Position numbers and translations under genes: made by a program | Notes under the pieces: generated by a model | Database searches by the model: none | What the model was told of the DNA's origin: nothing | What the model saw: only the letters and a program-made list of their open reading frames with translations | In this document: piece by piece, positions 39,706-49,107 of the stretch | Numbering within the stretch: the stretch's first letter is position 1 | How the letters are laid out: each line of letters begins with the position of its first letter | Origin: Polyangiaceae bacterium | Lineage (GTDB): Bacteria; Myxococcota_A; Polyangia; Polyangiales; Polyangiaceae | Direction of reading: 5' to 3' | DNA: 64,000 bases | NCBI GenBank assembly: GCA_050287085.1 | Contig: JBNKBE010000001.1 | Location: forward strand, 96,001 to 160,000

Positions 39706-40725
39706 GTGCCCAGCCGGCAGATTCTCGCGAACCGTCCCGCGAACGACGTGCAAGACCAAGCGTCACTCAAGCGTCTGCTGTCGACGGAGAACGCGTCGCT
39801 CACGGGCTTGCGCCTGGCGGGGCTGGACCTGAAGGGGGCGCAGCTCAGTCACCGTGACCTGAGCTGCGTCGACCTCAGCCACGCCGACCTCCGCGGCGCC
39901 AACTTGGTCGGTTGCCGCATGCACAACGCGATACTCCACGGAGCCAACCTGGAAGGCGCGGAATTCATGGGGGCTGACCTCCATGGCGCCAACCTCAGCG
40001 AGGCTCAGGCAGCCCTTGGTGGCTTCGGTCGCGTCAACCTGACCGACGCAAACTGCTTTGGCATCAATCTGGAGGGAGCCACTCTGACCGAAGCAGTTCT
40101 CACCGGGGCAGACCTTCGCATCGCCAACCTGTGTCGAGCGCGCATGCGCGACGCGCGCTTGCAGCGAGCCAACTTCCTCAAGAGCAAACTGCTGGACGTC
40201 GACCTCGAAGGCGCCGACGTGCACGAAACCTGCTTTGTGGAAGCCGATCTCCGCAGAGCCCGTCTTCGCGGGCTCCGGCGCTTCGCGAACGCACATTTCT
40301 TCCACGCAGACGTGCGCGAGATCGACTTCAGTGGCGCTTACCTGCTGCGGCGGCAGATCCTCGACGAAAACTACCTGCTCGAGTTCCGCTCTCAGAGCCG
40401 CGCCGCCATGGTTGTCTACTGGATCTGGTGGGCGACGAGCGATTGCGGTCGCAGCATCCTGCGCTGGGCCACTTGGACCGTCGTCGTCTGGCTCGCGTTC
40501 GGCGCAGCCTATGAACTGTGCGCGCTCGACTACGGGGCGCACCGTACCTTGATCTCTCCATTCTATTTCAGTCTGGTGACACTCACGACGCTCGGCTACG
40601 GGGACGTTGTCCCCGCTTCTCCCGCCGCGCAGGTCGTCGTCATGGCGGAAGTCGTGCTGGGCTACGTCATGTTGGGTGGGCTGCTCACCATTATTTCCTC
40701 GAAGATGGGAAGGCGTTCAGACTGA
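39706..40725 (+). CDS. Pentapeptide-repeat protein fused to a 2-TM potassium-channel domain
   Basis: Long A(D/N)LxX run followed by FYFSLVTLTTLGYGD selectivity filter and TM helices. Confidence 0.85.
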   Translation: MPSRQILANRPANDVQDQASLKRLLSTENASLTGLRLAGLDLKGAQLSHRDLSCVDLSHADLRGANLVGCRMHNAILHGANLEGAEFMGADLHGANLSEAQAALGGFGRVNLTDANCFGINLEGATLTEAVLTGADLRIANLCRARMRDARLQRANFLKSKLLDVDLEGADVHETCFVEADLRRARLRGLRRFANAHFFHADVREIDFSGAYLLRRQILDENYLLEFRSQSRAAMVVYWIWWATSDCGRSILRWATWTVVVWLAFGAAYELCALDYGAHRTLISPFYFSLVTLTTLGYGDVVPASPAAQVVVMAEVVLGYVMLGGLLTIISSKMGRRSD

Positions 40726-41564
40726 TGCTAAGCTGGTTCAAGCTCAGGGAACACCCCGAAAAGCGCCTGAAGCGAGCGATTGGGAACCACACGCTGCCCG
40801 CCTTCTCGAGCACCGTGCTGAAGACCCTGCAGCTGCTCCGGGACGTCGACAGCAGCACCGATTCCATCGCAGACCAGATTTCTCTGGACCCAGGTCTTTC
40901 CGTGAAAGTGCTGGGCATGGCCAATTCCTCCACCTTTGCCTTGAAGAACCACGTAGCGACTATTCGTCACGCGGTCAGCCTACTGGGTCGCTCGTCCGTG
41001 GAGAGTGCAGTGCTGGGTCTGGGGGTCAATCAAACCCTTACCAAGCTCAACTTCGGTCCTGCCGGCGCGCTCGCCTACTGGACTATCAGCGCTGAGCGAG
41101 CCTTGCTCGCAGGCAGTATCGGTGCCCAACTCGACCCCGCAAACTCCGCTCATGTCTTCACGGCGGCCCTGCTGCAAGACCTCGCGGTGCCCCTGCTGTG
41201 CACCGAAAAGGGCGCTCCCTATGAGGCGTTGCTACAACGCTGGTATGAGGATGGTGGCGACTTAGCAGACCTAGAGCAGTCGACGTTCGGCTGGAATCAC
41301 GCGCACCTCGGCGGTTGGTTGTGTCGCACGTGGCAGCTGCCGAACACCTTGGCGGACGCCGTGGGCGCCCATCACCAGCCCGACGCTGAGATCCCATCCA
41401 GCCTGCTGCTCGTCGCCAACTGGGGCGGCGGCTCACGGGATAACAACATTTCCACATTAAACCAAAACCTCTGCACCCTTGGTCTAGGCGAGTCGCAAGC
41501 AGCGACGCTGGTCGAAGGTGCGCTCGGACGCGCCGCAGAGCTCGCCTCCCTACTCGCCCTATGA
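40725..41564 (+). CDS. HDOD domain protein
   Basis: LPAF, DPGLSVKVLGMANS, AVSLLG, ALLQDLA, HAHLGGWL..W.LP and HH; TGATG overlap gives a start at 40725. Confidence 0.85.
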   Translation: MLSWFKLREHPEKRLKRAIGNHTLPAFSSTVLKTLQLLRDVDSSTDSIADQISLDPGLSVKVLGMANSSTFALKNHVATIRHAVSLLGRSSVESAVLGLGVNQTLTKLNFGPAGALAYWTISAERALLAGSIGAQLDPANSAHVFTAALLQDLAVPLLCTEKGAPYEALLQRWYEDGGDLADLEQSTFGWNHAHLGGWLCRTWQLPNTLADAVGAHHQPDAEIPSSLLLVANWGGGSRDNNISTLNQNLCTLGLGESQAATLVEGALGRAAELASLLAL

Positions 41565-41571
41565 CGGATGC

Positions 41572-42921
41572 CTAGCGCGAGAGCGCATAGGCGGCGAGGA
41601 AGCCCAGCCCCAAGCCAAAAAGGAAATAGAGGAAGAGCTGCCATTGGGGCCGCGGATCCTCGATGAAAGGCGCCAGAATGCGAACCAATGCGGACTGCTC
41701 GCGATAGGCCTGCAGGCGCCCGGAATCGAGCGAATTCCGTTCTGGGGACGCTGGACCACGCACGCCGGTACGACTGCCCGCGCCCGGGAAAGAGCCTGTC
41801 TCGCGCAGCGGCGTAGTGGCTGCACCCAACACGGCCCCGCGCCCCTGCAGCGCCGTCGAGTCCGACGATACGCTCGAACGCCGTCCGGCCGCTGTAGCCT
41901 CCTCCGAGCCCCCTGCAGGCTGAAATCGCCCTCCCGCGGGTGGCGCCGGTCGCACCGTTTCGGCCAATGCATCCGCCGAAACCGGAAGCAGCGACACCGG
42001 CGCTTCGGCAGGCAGAGAGCCACTGCCTTCCCCAGGCAAACCCTGTCCATCGACCCGCGAAGCAGCGGACTCATCAGGTCTGGCCGCGAGATACTCGCCA
42101 CTTGATGAGGTCGGCGTCACCGCCGCGCGCAGCTCCGCGGCGCGATGGGCCGGAGGGGCGATCGAACGAGCCGCATCTAGCGCAGGCGCGATGCTCTTCT
42201 GGGGCGAGGCCTGCGCCCGGGTTGGCTTCGGAGGCATCAGGGGCCGCCCGGAAACGGCTGAACCAGCTCCCAGCCCCCGAGAAACCCCGGCGCGGCCGGC
42301 CACCGGCCGCCGCGCGAGAGCCGCCCCAAGCGCGGTCGGAGCCGGAGCCGGCTCCGCACTCCTGACAAGGGCGGCGGGTCGCTCATGAGCCTTGGTATCC
42401 CCAAGGAGGGGGTCACCCGCGGCAGGCCCCTCCTCCGGCACAGACCGAACGACCGCATCGGGCACGTCCGGTAGCGTCGCCGCTGCCACGCGGGGCGGCG
42501 CCGGTACCGTCGGAACGTCCGGTGCAGAGGGCGGAGGGGTGAGAGCGGCGTCGGCTGGCGCTTCCGAATGGCTGCGAAGGGGCTTCGGCGGTGGCGGCGT
42601 CCGCCCGGCCGCGTTTGGCGCGCGGCCACGACCTGCCCCAGCACGGCCCGCGGAGTCTCCTTCAGCCAACGCCTCGACCACGACCATGGGCTCCTCGTTG
42701 GGCGCTGGGCGCTGAGTGCTCTGCGGCTCTTCCGGTTCGGGCTCGGACGGTCGCTCCGGGACGGGGCGAATAGCACGCGAAGCACTCAGCACGGGAGTCC
42801 GCGATGCCGCCCCCTTCTCGGGCGCACCGGTCGCACTGCTCGCACTGGGGCCACCTCTAGGGGCTTGTCCGTCACCGGAGGACTCGGTCTCCAGTGGAGT
42901 GTCGTCGGATTCTGCTTCCAC
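41572..42921 (-). CDS. Pro/Ala-rich low-complexity protein with C-terminal TM anchor
   Basis: 449-aa ORF filling the gap; C-terminal LFLYFLFGLGLGFLAAYAL. Confidence 0.55.
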   Translation of the reverse strand: MEAESDDTPLETESSGDGQAPRGGPSASSATGAPEKGAASRTPVLSASRAIRPVPERPSEPEPEEPQSTQRPAPNEEPMVVVEALAEGDSAGRAGAGRGRAPNAAGRTPPPPKPLRSHSEAPADAALTPPPSAPDVPTVPAPPRVAAATLPDVPDAVVRSVPEEGPAAGDPLLGDTKAHERPAALVRSAEPAPAPTALGAALARRPVAGRAGVSRGLGAGSAVSGRPLMPPKPTRAQASPQKSIAPALDAARSIAPPAHRAAELRAAVTPTSSSGEYLAARPDESAASRVDGQGLPGEGSGSLPAEAPVSLLPVSADALAETVRPAPPAGGRFQPAGGSEEATAAGRRSSVSSDSTALQGRGAVLGAATTPLRETGSFPGAGSRTGVRGPASPERNSLDSGRLQAYREQSALVRILAPFIEDPRPQWQLFLYFLFGLGLGFLAAYALSR

Positions 42922-43239
42922 TAATGGGCTTCGGGGCTAAATAACCAGCGAGAGAAGAGCACTACCTGGAGTGATAGGCCGGCTTTGATGGAATCACTAT
43001 TCTGCACTAGTGTCTAGGCGAGGCTAAGAATTCAGGCCGTTCAAAGTGCGAAGACTCCCATGGGAGTGCACAGGATACCTGGACGGGCCGGCGTACATTG
43101 TCCCACCGTGGTGCAGCCGCACTCCGGAATCGATCCTATAGCAAGTTGAGAACGTCGCAGTGGTGCGGGTCGTGAAAGGTGCCCAGGTCCGCGCGCTCTA
43201 GGGCTTTCGGTGCACGTCTGTGGATGGTACGTCACGGAC

Positions 43240-43527
43240 ATGCAGCGGCACTACCTATTCGGCGTCTTGAAGGGGGTGGTCTTCTGTTATTGGGTCGCAG
43301 TACTGTGGTCGTTTGTCACAGTCGCCCCTGGGGCCTTCGCCAAGCTTCTCTCGATGACGGCTCCGGCTGTCGTTTCGCTGCACTTTCTCCAGGTGTTGAT
43401 CTTCGGGCGCGTGCTCCAAGCCCAAAAGAGCTATTGGCGCCACCTGCTGCTCACCCTGGCCTTTGGGGCATTTCATATCGGGCAGCTCCTGTTGATGCGC
43501 GCGCCCGCAAGCGCCAAACGCCCTTAG
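43240..43527 (+). CDS. Small membrane protein (DUF1145-like)
   Basis: Three hydrophobic segments, LHFLQ and LAFGAFH. Confidence 0.5.
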   Translation: MQRHYLFGVLKGVVFCYWVAVLWSFVTVAPGAFAKLLSMTAPAVVSLHFLQVLIFGRVLQAQKSYWRHLLLTLAFGAFHIGQLLLMRAPASAKRP

Positions 43528-43657
43528 GGCCCCAAGGTGCGCGGACGCAACGGCTACGCTGCAGCCGGCAGTGACGTCGCATGCGCCAGACGCCAGCGGC
43601 CAGCCACCACGACGACGGTTGCGGAGTTGTTGCGCCACGTCTATAAGCGGCTTTTCG

Positions 43658-44662
43658 ATGTCGAATCAGAAGAAAGTTGCGCTTTCAGCTGTCCAGCCCA
43701 CCAACGCGATGACTCTGGGCAACTACGTCGGTGCCATGCGCCATTGGACACGACTCCAAGATCAATACGACAACATCTTCTTTGCCGTCGATCAGCACGC
43801 CATCACGCTGCGCCAGGACCCCAAGTCGCTCGGCGAGCAGAGCTACTTGATGATGGCCACCCTGCTCGCTGCGGGACTGGATCCGAAGGCAAGTCTGCTC
43901 TTTCTGCAGTCACACGTCCCGGAACACTCTCAGCTCGCGTGGGTTCTCGGCTGCAACGCCTACATGGGCGAACTGAGCCGGATGACCCAGTTCAAGGACA
44001 AAAGCGCCAAGGTGGGGGCCAACATTCCCGTTGGACTGTTTACCTATCCCATTCTGATGGCGGCCGACATCCTGCTCTACAGGGCCGATGTCATCCCGGT
44101 TGGACACGACCAGACCCAACACGTCGAATTGACGCGAGACATCGCCGTCCGGATGAACAACGCGTACGGAACGGATCTGTTCACCGTGCCTGAGCCGCTC
44201 ATTCCTAAGGTTGGAGCCCGCATCATGAGCCTCCAGAACCCAGACAAGAAGATGAGCAAGAGCGACCCGGACCCCAAGGCCACCATCTTCTTGACGGACT
44301 CGGACAAGACGATCGCTAAGAAAGTTAAGAGTGCCGTAACGGACTCGGGCAACGTAATCGAGTTCAGCGAAGAAAAACCGGGGATCAGAAATCTGATCAG
44401 CATCCAGAGCGCCCTCAGCGATCGGTCTCCCGAAGAAGTCGTTGCGGACTATCGGGGCAAACAATACGGCCATCTCAAGGTGGACACGGCTGAGCTGGTG
44501 GTCGGACACATCGCGCCGATCCGCAACGAGGCCGCACGCTTGCTAGCGGACCGACCCTACCTAGACAAGGTAATGAAAGAAGGTTCGGAGCGCGCCCGCC
44601 AACGCGCACAAGCGACGCTGAGACGCGTCTTCGATGCGGTCGGCTTCGTGTCCCCGACATGA
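43658..44662 (+). CDS. trpS: Tryptophan--tRNA ligase
   Basis: QPT..TLGNY, YPILMAADILLY, VGHDQTQH and KMSKS; start at ATG 43658. Confidence 0.98.
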   Translation: MSNQKKVALSAVQPTNAMTLGNYVGAMRHWTRLQDQYDNIFFAVDQHAITLRQDPKSLGEQSYLMMATLLAAGLDPKASLLFLQSHVPEHSQLAWVLGCNAYMGELSRMTQFKDKSAKVGANIPVGLFTYPILMAADILLYRADVIPVGHDQTQHVELTRDIAVRMNNAYGTDLFTVPEPLIPKVGARIMSLQNPDKKMSKSDPDPKATIFLTDSDKTIAKKVKSAVTDSGNVIEFSEEKPGIRNLISIQSALSDRSPEEVVADYRGKQYGHLKVDTAELVVGHIAPIRNEAARLLADRPYLDKVMKEGSERARQRAQATLRRVFDAVGFVSPT

Positions 44663-46416
44663 AACTCGTGACCCCAGACGCATCGGAACTCGCGCTAGTC
44701 GCAACGCGTCCCGTGGGTCACGGCACCGAGAGCATGACACCAAGGCCGTCGCAACAGATCGATCTGCTCTTTGAAGAACCCGAGAACCGGATTGCACTGG
44801 CGACCGCGTTCGAATCCCTCTCCTTCGCGTTCGCTTCTGGCGACACTGACAACCTTTTCGAGCGGGTACTGGACTCGGCCCAAACGGCGCATGGAACCTT
44901 CGAAGCAGAGTCTTTCGCGCACGACTTATTCTTGCACTCGTTCATCGAGCGTTGCCTCCGCGTCTCGATTGGACGTGAGAGCTACAAGATTTCCACCGCC
45001 TACGTGCATACGATACTGAGCAGCCCCCCGGAGCTCTACGCGACGACGCAGTTTCGACAGCGCATCACAGAGGAGCTTCAGGACCCCCCAACGCTCGAAC
45101 AGTTCGAAGTTTGCTACCTTGCGATGCGTCGCGTGCGCGATCTGCTGAGCGCCGGCGGAGTGCAGCCACGTTACGAACGAACCCAGCGCCGCTTCGACAT
45201 CCTGACAGCGATTCGAGACCTGTTCCGCTGCCTCGAACGGTGCTTTGAGACGGCCGCAAGCGGCCTTGCGCAACTGCGCGAGTATGGACGACAGGTCTGC
45301 AGCAGCAATGCCTTTGCCCGGCTGGAACAGCTACTCGAGTACGAAGAGCGACTCGCCACGCTCGACATCCGCGTGCAGGTGGGACGCGACGGCCAGATCC
45401 GGAGCTTCGTTCTCCGACAGGTGAACGAAAACGTCGGCAACATCTACTATCAAGGCGCCTGGGCGCGGCTGACCACTCGCCTGCAACTGCTGTTTCGCGG
45501 CTTTCGTTTGGGACGAGAAGAACTTCTTGTTCGCCTCACCGATCACATCTTCGATAGCCTGCGCAGCCATCTCGTATCGGTGTTTCAGCTTATCGGCGAC
45601 ATGGAGTTCTACCTGGCAGGGGTGGGGCTTGCGAAACTCGCACGCCAACAGGGCTTGGCCGTATGTCTGCCGGAGTTTGGAAGACCGACGGTCCCAGGTT
45701 CGCACTACAAGGCGCTTTTCAACCCGTTCCTCGTGGCAGCCGGCAACGTGGTCACGTGTGCCGATATCTCCAGCTCAGCCGAACGCCCGCTCGTGGTGGT
45801 GACAGGCCCCAATTCCGGAGGTAAGACACGCCTGATGCAGGCGCTGGGTCTTAGCCAGCTCCTGGGACAAGGTGGCCTGTGGGTGCCCGCTCAAGAAGCT
45901 CACTTGCCGTGGTGCAGCGGCATGTTCGTTTCGCTGCTCAGCGAGCACAGCGCCGAACAGGCGGAAGGGCGACTGGGCATGGAACTGCTTCGGATCAGAA
46001 AGCTCTTCGAGCGCATCGCAACGGGAGATCTGGTGATCGTCGATGAACTCTGTTCCGGGACCAATCCTTCAGAAGGCGAAGAGATCTTCTGCTTGGTCGT
46101 CGAATTGCTCGCCAAGCTTCAGCCAAATCTTTGGCTAACAACCCACTTCTTGGCCCTGGCGGGCCGGCTGCAGACCTCTGCCTCCCCAGCTGAACTCGAT
46201 TTCCTACAGGTTGAACTCGATCCCCAGGGTCAGCCCACCTATCGCTTCGTAGCCGGAGTCGCCAAGACCTCCCTGGCGTCCCACACCGCGCAGCGCCTGG
46301 GAGTCACGGCAACGGAACTTAACCGCTTGGTCGCGGAAGCCAAAGCGCGAGGCGATCGACGACAGCCCATTGCGGCGCGCGCCCGGCGCCCGCTGGGAGC
46401 GCTGCACGACGCATGA
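44659..46416 (+). CDS. MutS-like ATPase (domain V only)
   Basis: VTGPNSGGKT, DELCSGTN and TTHF; no recognisable mismatch-binding domain; ATGA overlap with trpS. Confidence 0.8.
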   Translation: MKLVTPDASELALVATRPVGHGTESMTPRPSQQIDLLFEEPENRIALATAFESLSFAFASGDTDNLFERVLDSAQTAHGTFEAESFAHDLFLHSFIERCLRVSIGRESYKISTAYVHTILSSPPELYATTQFRQRITEELQDPPTLEQFEVCYLAMRRVRDLLSAGGVQPRYERTQRRFDILTAIRDLFRCLERCFETAASGLAQLREYGRQVCSSNAFARLEQLLEYEERLATLDIRVQVGRDGQIRSFVLRQVNENVGNIYYQGAWARLTTRLQLLFRGFRLGREELLVRLTDHIFDSLRSHLVSVFQLIGDMEFYLAGVGLAKLARQQGLAVCLPEFGRPTVPGSHYKALFNPFLVAAGNVVTCADISSSAERPLVVVTGPNSGGKTRLMQALGLSQLLGQGGLWVPAQEAHLPWCSGMFVSLLSEHSAEQAEGRLGMELLRIRKLFERIATGDLVIVDELCSGTNPSEGEEIFCLVVELLAKLQPNLWLTTHFLALAGRLQTSASPAELDFLQVELDPQGQPTYRFVAGVAKTSLASHTAQRLGVTATELNRLVAEAKARGDRRQPIAARARRPLGALHDA

Positions 46417-46643
46417 TTGCAAGCAAGCTGTGCAAATATGCAAACCAGGCACTCCAACTCTATCGCAAGTAGCGATAATCACTTACGTGATCTCTGGCCC
46501 GGAGCTTGCATATACCGCCCCCAACGGCAAGCCGCGTCGGCGGCCATCTCTCCCGTGCCAACTCAGCGCGGGTGGCGCATACCTCCCTCCCTCCCCCTTT
46601 TGCGTCGCCCGCGCTCCTAATTTGTCCCCGGAAGCCACACCGT

Positions 46644-46708
46644 TGGTTCCGCCTGGTGGTTGAACCTGGTGGCTGAACCTAGTGGTTGAACCTAGTGGTT
46701 CCGCCTAG
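46644..46708. repeat. Tandem array of five 13-bp units (consensus TGGTTGAACCTAG)
   Basis: TGGTTCCGCCTGG / TGGTTGAACCTGG / TGGCTGAACCTAG / TGGTTGAACCTAG / TGGTTCCGCCTAG. Confidence 0.85.
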
Positions 46709-46760
46709 AATTACGGGCTGCGGATGGGAACGACAGTCGTAAGCCGGTCGAGGCCGCCGC

Positions 46761-46852
46761 AAGTGGACGAGTGAGGAGCGAGCGCCGCAGGGCTACCGGA
46801 GTAGCTCGAGAAGCACAGCGACGAGCCCGCCACAGCAAGCGGAGCGGCTGGC
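46761..46852 (+). repeat. Dispersed ~100-bp intergenic element, copy 1 (order A-B)
   Basis: Block A (46761-46810) and block B (46811-46852) both match blocks in 51925-52024. Confidence 0.8.
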
Positions 46853-46906
46853 GTGGTGTGGCTCTCCCATCCCGCGGGCCCTGACCAACGCCGCCAACAT
46901 TGGCCG

Positions 46907-47224
46907 TCAGAAGGCCTCGAGGAGGGTGCGGCACTTCCAACATAGCTCAAAGTTGGACGGGTTGAGCTCATCGCACACAGGGCACCTGATCGAGTCAGCC
47001 AGCACCGCACGGGATGCTTGTTTGAACTCCTCAAGAACAGAGATCGCGTGCTTCCAGCGGATGGGTTCGGTGATGCAGACGATCGGACGTACCGTCAGGG
47101 GTAGTTCCCCAAGACACCCCTGAAGACTCGAGTTCTGCACGTAGGTGCGGATCCCTCGCTCCGCGAGCCTGTCGACGAGTAGCTGAGCCTCCTGTAAGCT
47201 CTCCGCTTCGTACAACGCGCGCAT
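46907..47224 (-). CDS. DUF2007-like protein with C-terminal Zn ribbon
   Basis: EAQLLVDRLAERGI, GELP and CPVC..FELCWKC; start at ATG 47224. Confidence 0.75.
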   Translation of the reverse strand: MRALYEAESLQEAQLLVDRLAERGIRTYVQNSSLQGCLGELPLTVRPIVCITEPIRWKHAISVLEEFKQASRAVLADSIRCPVCDELNPSNFELCWKCRTLLEAF

Positions 47225-47300
47225 GGCGCCACCATGCGCCATGCGCCATGAAAGTGCCAAGCCACGTGCCACCGGTCACAGCCGGATGAGCGGCCAAAAG

Positions 47301-47436
47301 TTATCCACAGCTTGGTAACACTTCTACAATCGCTGACGGACCTCGGTAACTACTGTAAATAACAACAGTTTTCGTCAGTTCCCTCGACTTAGGGGACCGC
47401 CTGTCCTGGGTTACTCCACAGCCGCGCTAAGCCACA
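47301..47436. promoter_or_regulatory. DnaA-box-like cluster
   Basis: Perfect TTATCCACA at 47301-47309; inverted TGTAAATAA at 47354-47362; TACTCCACA at 47412-47420; TAAGCCACA at 47428-47436; locally AT-richer. Confidence 0.45.
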
Positions 47437-47486
47437 GGTACGGCGTTCACGTCACACGCAGCGCCGCCCGCGATCTGCCTTTGCGG

Positions 47487-48050
47487 TTACTCGCGACCAG
47501 GTTGTAACTCGGTCGCCACAGCATCAGACGGCTCTCCAGCGTTCCGATGCTGTGCGGCGAGCAGCACGTAGCGAGTTATCGCTTCACCAGCCCAGCGCTG
47601 CTCTTCCTCGCTGACCGCGCGCACGACTCGTGCTGGCGTCCCCCGAACGAGCTGCCCGGGGCCGATCCTTGCCCCGGCGGGCACGACGCTCCCCGCGGCA
47701 ATCCAAGCTCCGTCTCCAATCTGAGCGTTGTCCATCACCACTGCCCCCATCCCAACGAGCACGCGGTCTCCGAGTCGGGCGCCGTGAACGACGCTGTTGT
47801 GCGCAATGATACACTCCGCTCCGATCTCCGCGTTCGAACGCTGGTAGGTCATGTGGATGGTAGCATTGTCCTGAATATTGCTACGCGCCCCGATGCGAAT
47901 GCTCCCGACATCGCCGCGCAGAACGGCTCCGTACCATACGGACGTAGCGTCCCCCAGCACCACGTCGCCAACGACTACAGCCGTTTCGGCAAGAAAGGCA
48001 CCAGCCCCAAGACGCGGAACCTTGTCCCCAAACGCACGCACGATCGACAT
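47487..48050 (-). CDS. Gamma carbonic anhydrase family protein
   Basis: VWYGAVLRGDV, NIQDNATIH and AHNSVVHG; hexapeptide repeats. Confidence 0.92.
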   Translation of the reverse strand: MSIVRAFGDKVPRLGAGAFLAETAVVVGDVVLGDATSVWYGAVLRGDVGSIRIGARSNIQDNATIHMTYQRSNAEIGAECIIAHNSVVHGARLGDRVLVGMGAVVMDNAQIGDGAWIAAGSVVPAGARIGPGQLVRGTPARVVRAVSEEEQRWAGEAITRYVLLAAQHRNAGEPSDAVATELQPGRE

Positions 48051-48196
48051 CCGACGACTATAGCTGAACGAGCCCGTTTCCGAGTCACTTTTTGCTCGCT
48101 ATAGCGCCGCAGCCAAAGCTGCAAAGCGCGAAACGGCTCCGGCAACGCTTCTCCGCTGCGCAGTCGTGCACCGCGAGCACACATGAGAACACGACA

Positions 48197-48955
48197 TCAC
48201 GAGCCGGCAACAGTGAGCACCTCCGCTCCATCTGCAGTGACCAGCACGGTATGCTCGAACTGCGCCGATAGGCCCCCATCTGCGGTTACAACCGTCCAGC
48301 CATCGGCGCTGAGCCGCACGTCAGCACTCCCCTGATTGAGCATGGGTTCGATCGTAAAGGCCATGCCTTCGCGCAAGCGTGGACCGGTGCCCCCCCGCCC
48401 CACGTGGGAGACGTGAGGAGCCTCATGCATGTGTCGACCAATACCGTGCCCGCCGTACTCCCGAACCACCGAGAAGCCGTTGGCCACCGCCGACTCGACA
48501 ATGGCAGCACCGATGTCTCCAAGTCGCCTCCCCGGCGCCACACCCGCGATCGCTCGCCGCAGCGAGCTCTCGCAGGTGTCTACCAATCGCCTGGCGACAT
48601 CACTGCAACTGCCGAGCACGAAAGTACGCGAAGTGTCGCCATGAAAACCGTCGTACTCCGCCGTAACGTCGATGTTGACGATATCGCCTTCCGAAAGCAC
48701 GACGTCTGCGCTGGGCAAACCATGGCAGACGACGTGATTCGGACTGACGCACACAACCCCGGGAAAGCCGTGGTATCCAAGCTGACTGGGGCGCGCGCCG
48801 CGACGTTCAGTTTCCAGTGCAACCCATCGATTGATGTCGGCGCCGGAAACCCCGGGCACCAAGCGCTCACCCACGGCCGCCAGAATCTCGGCCGCAATGC
48901 GTCCAGCAGTCCGAAGGCGCTGTTGGTCCCGACCTCGGTAGATGACAATTGCCAT
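48197..48955 (-). CDS. map: Type I methionyl aminopeptidase
   Basis: CHGLP, NIDVT, GDTSRT, GHGIG..HEAP, FTIEPM and SAQFEHT. Confidence 0.96.
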   Translation of the reverse strand: MAIVIYRGRDQQRLRTAGRIAAEILAAVGERLVPGVSGADINRWVALETERRGARPSQLGYHGFPGVVCVSPNHVVCHGLPSADVVLSEGDIVNIDVTAEYDGFHGDTSRTFVLGSCSDVARRLVDTCESSLRRAIAGVAPGRRLGDIGAAIVESAVANGFSVVREYGGHGIGRHMHEAPHVSHVGRGGTGPRLREGMAFTIEPMLNQGSADVRLSADGWTVVTADGGLSAQFEHTVLVTADGAEVLTVAGS

Positions 48956-48991
48956 GCAGAAGCTTTGGCATCCACGCAGGGACCTTGGCTA

Positions 48992-49006
48992 ATACCGTTT
49001 GGGTAT
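48992..49006. promoter_or_regulatory. Candidate LysR box ATACC-N5-GGTAT (T-N11-A)
   Basis: Palindrome in the divergent map/LysR intergenic region. Confidence 0.6.
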
Positions 49007-49107
49007 CGCCCCCGGGGGGTCGCTCGAGGCACCAACGCAGCCGGGCCCGCCTGGCGAAGTCGGCCGTGGGCGAAGCAAAGACGCCGCAGAGATGCTAGCC
49101 TGGGAGC

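Noticed and set aside
40518..40724. N-terminal extension of the HDOD ORF
   Set aside because: It overlaps the channel domain in another frame; the TGATG-coupled start at 40725 is more plausible
46468..46493. dif-like site AGTAGCGATAA-TCAC-TTACGTGATCT
   Set aside because: The spacer is 4 bp instead of 6 and the XerD arm is a poor match
46644..46708. CRISPR array
   Set aside because: The units are 13 bp, contiguous and spacer-less, and no cas genes are present
46420..47486. Chromosomal oriC (13-mers plus DnaA boxes)
   Set aside because: The 13-mers are not AT-rich and are separated from the boxes by a gene; there is no dnaA or dnaN, and no strand-skew switch is evident by eye
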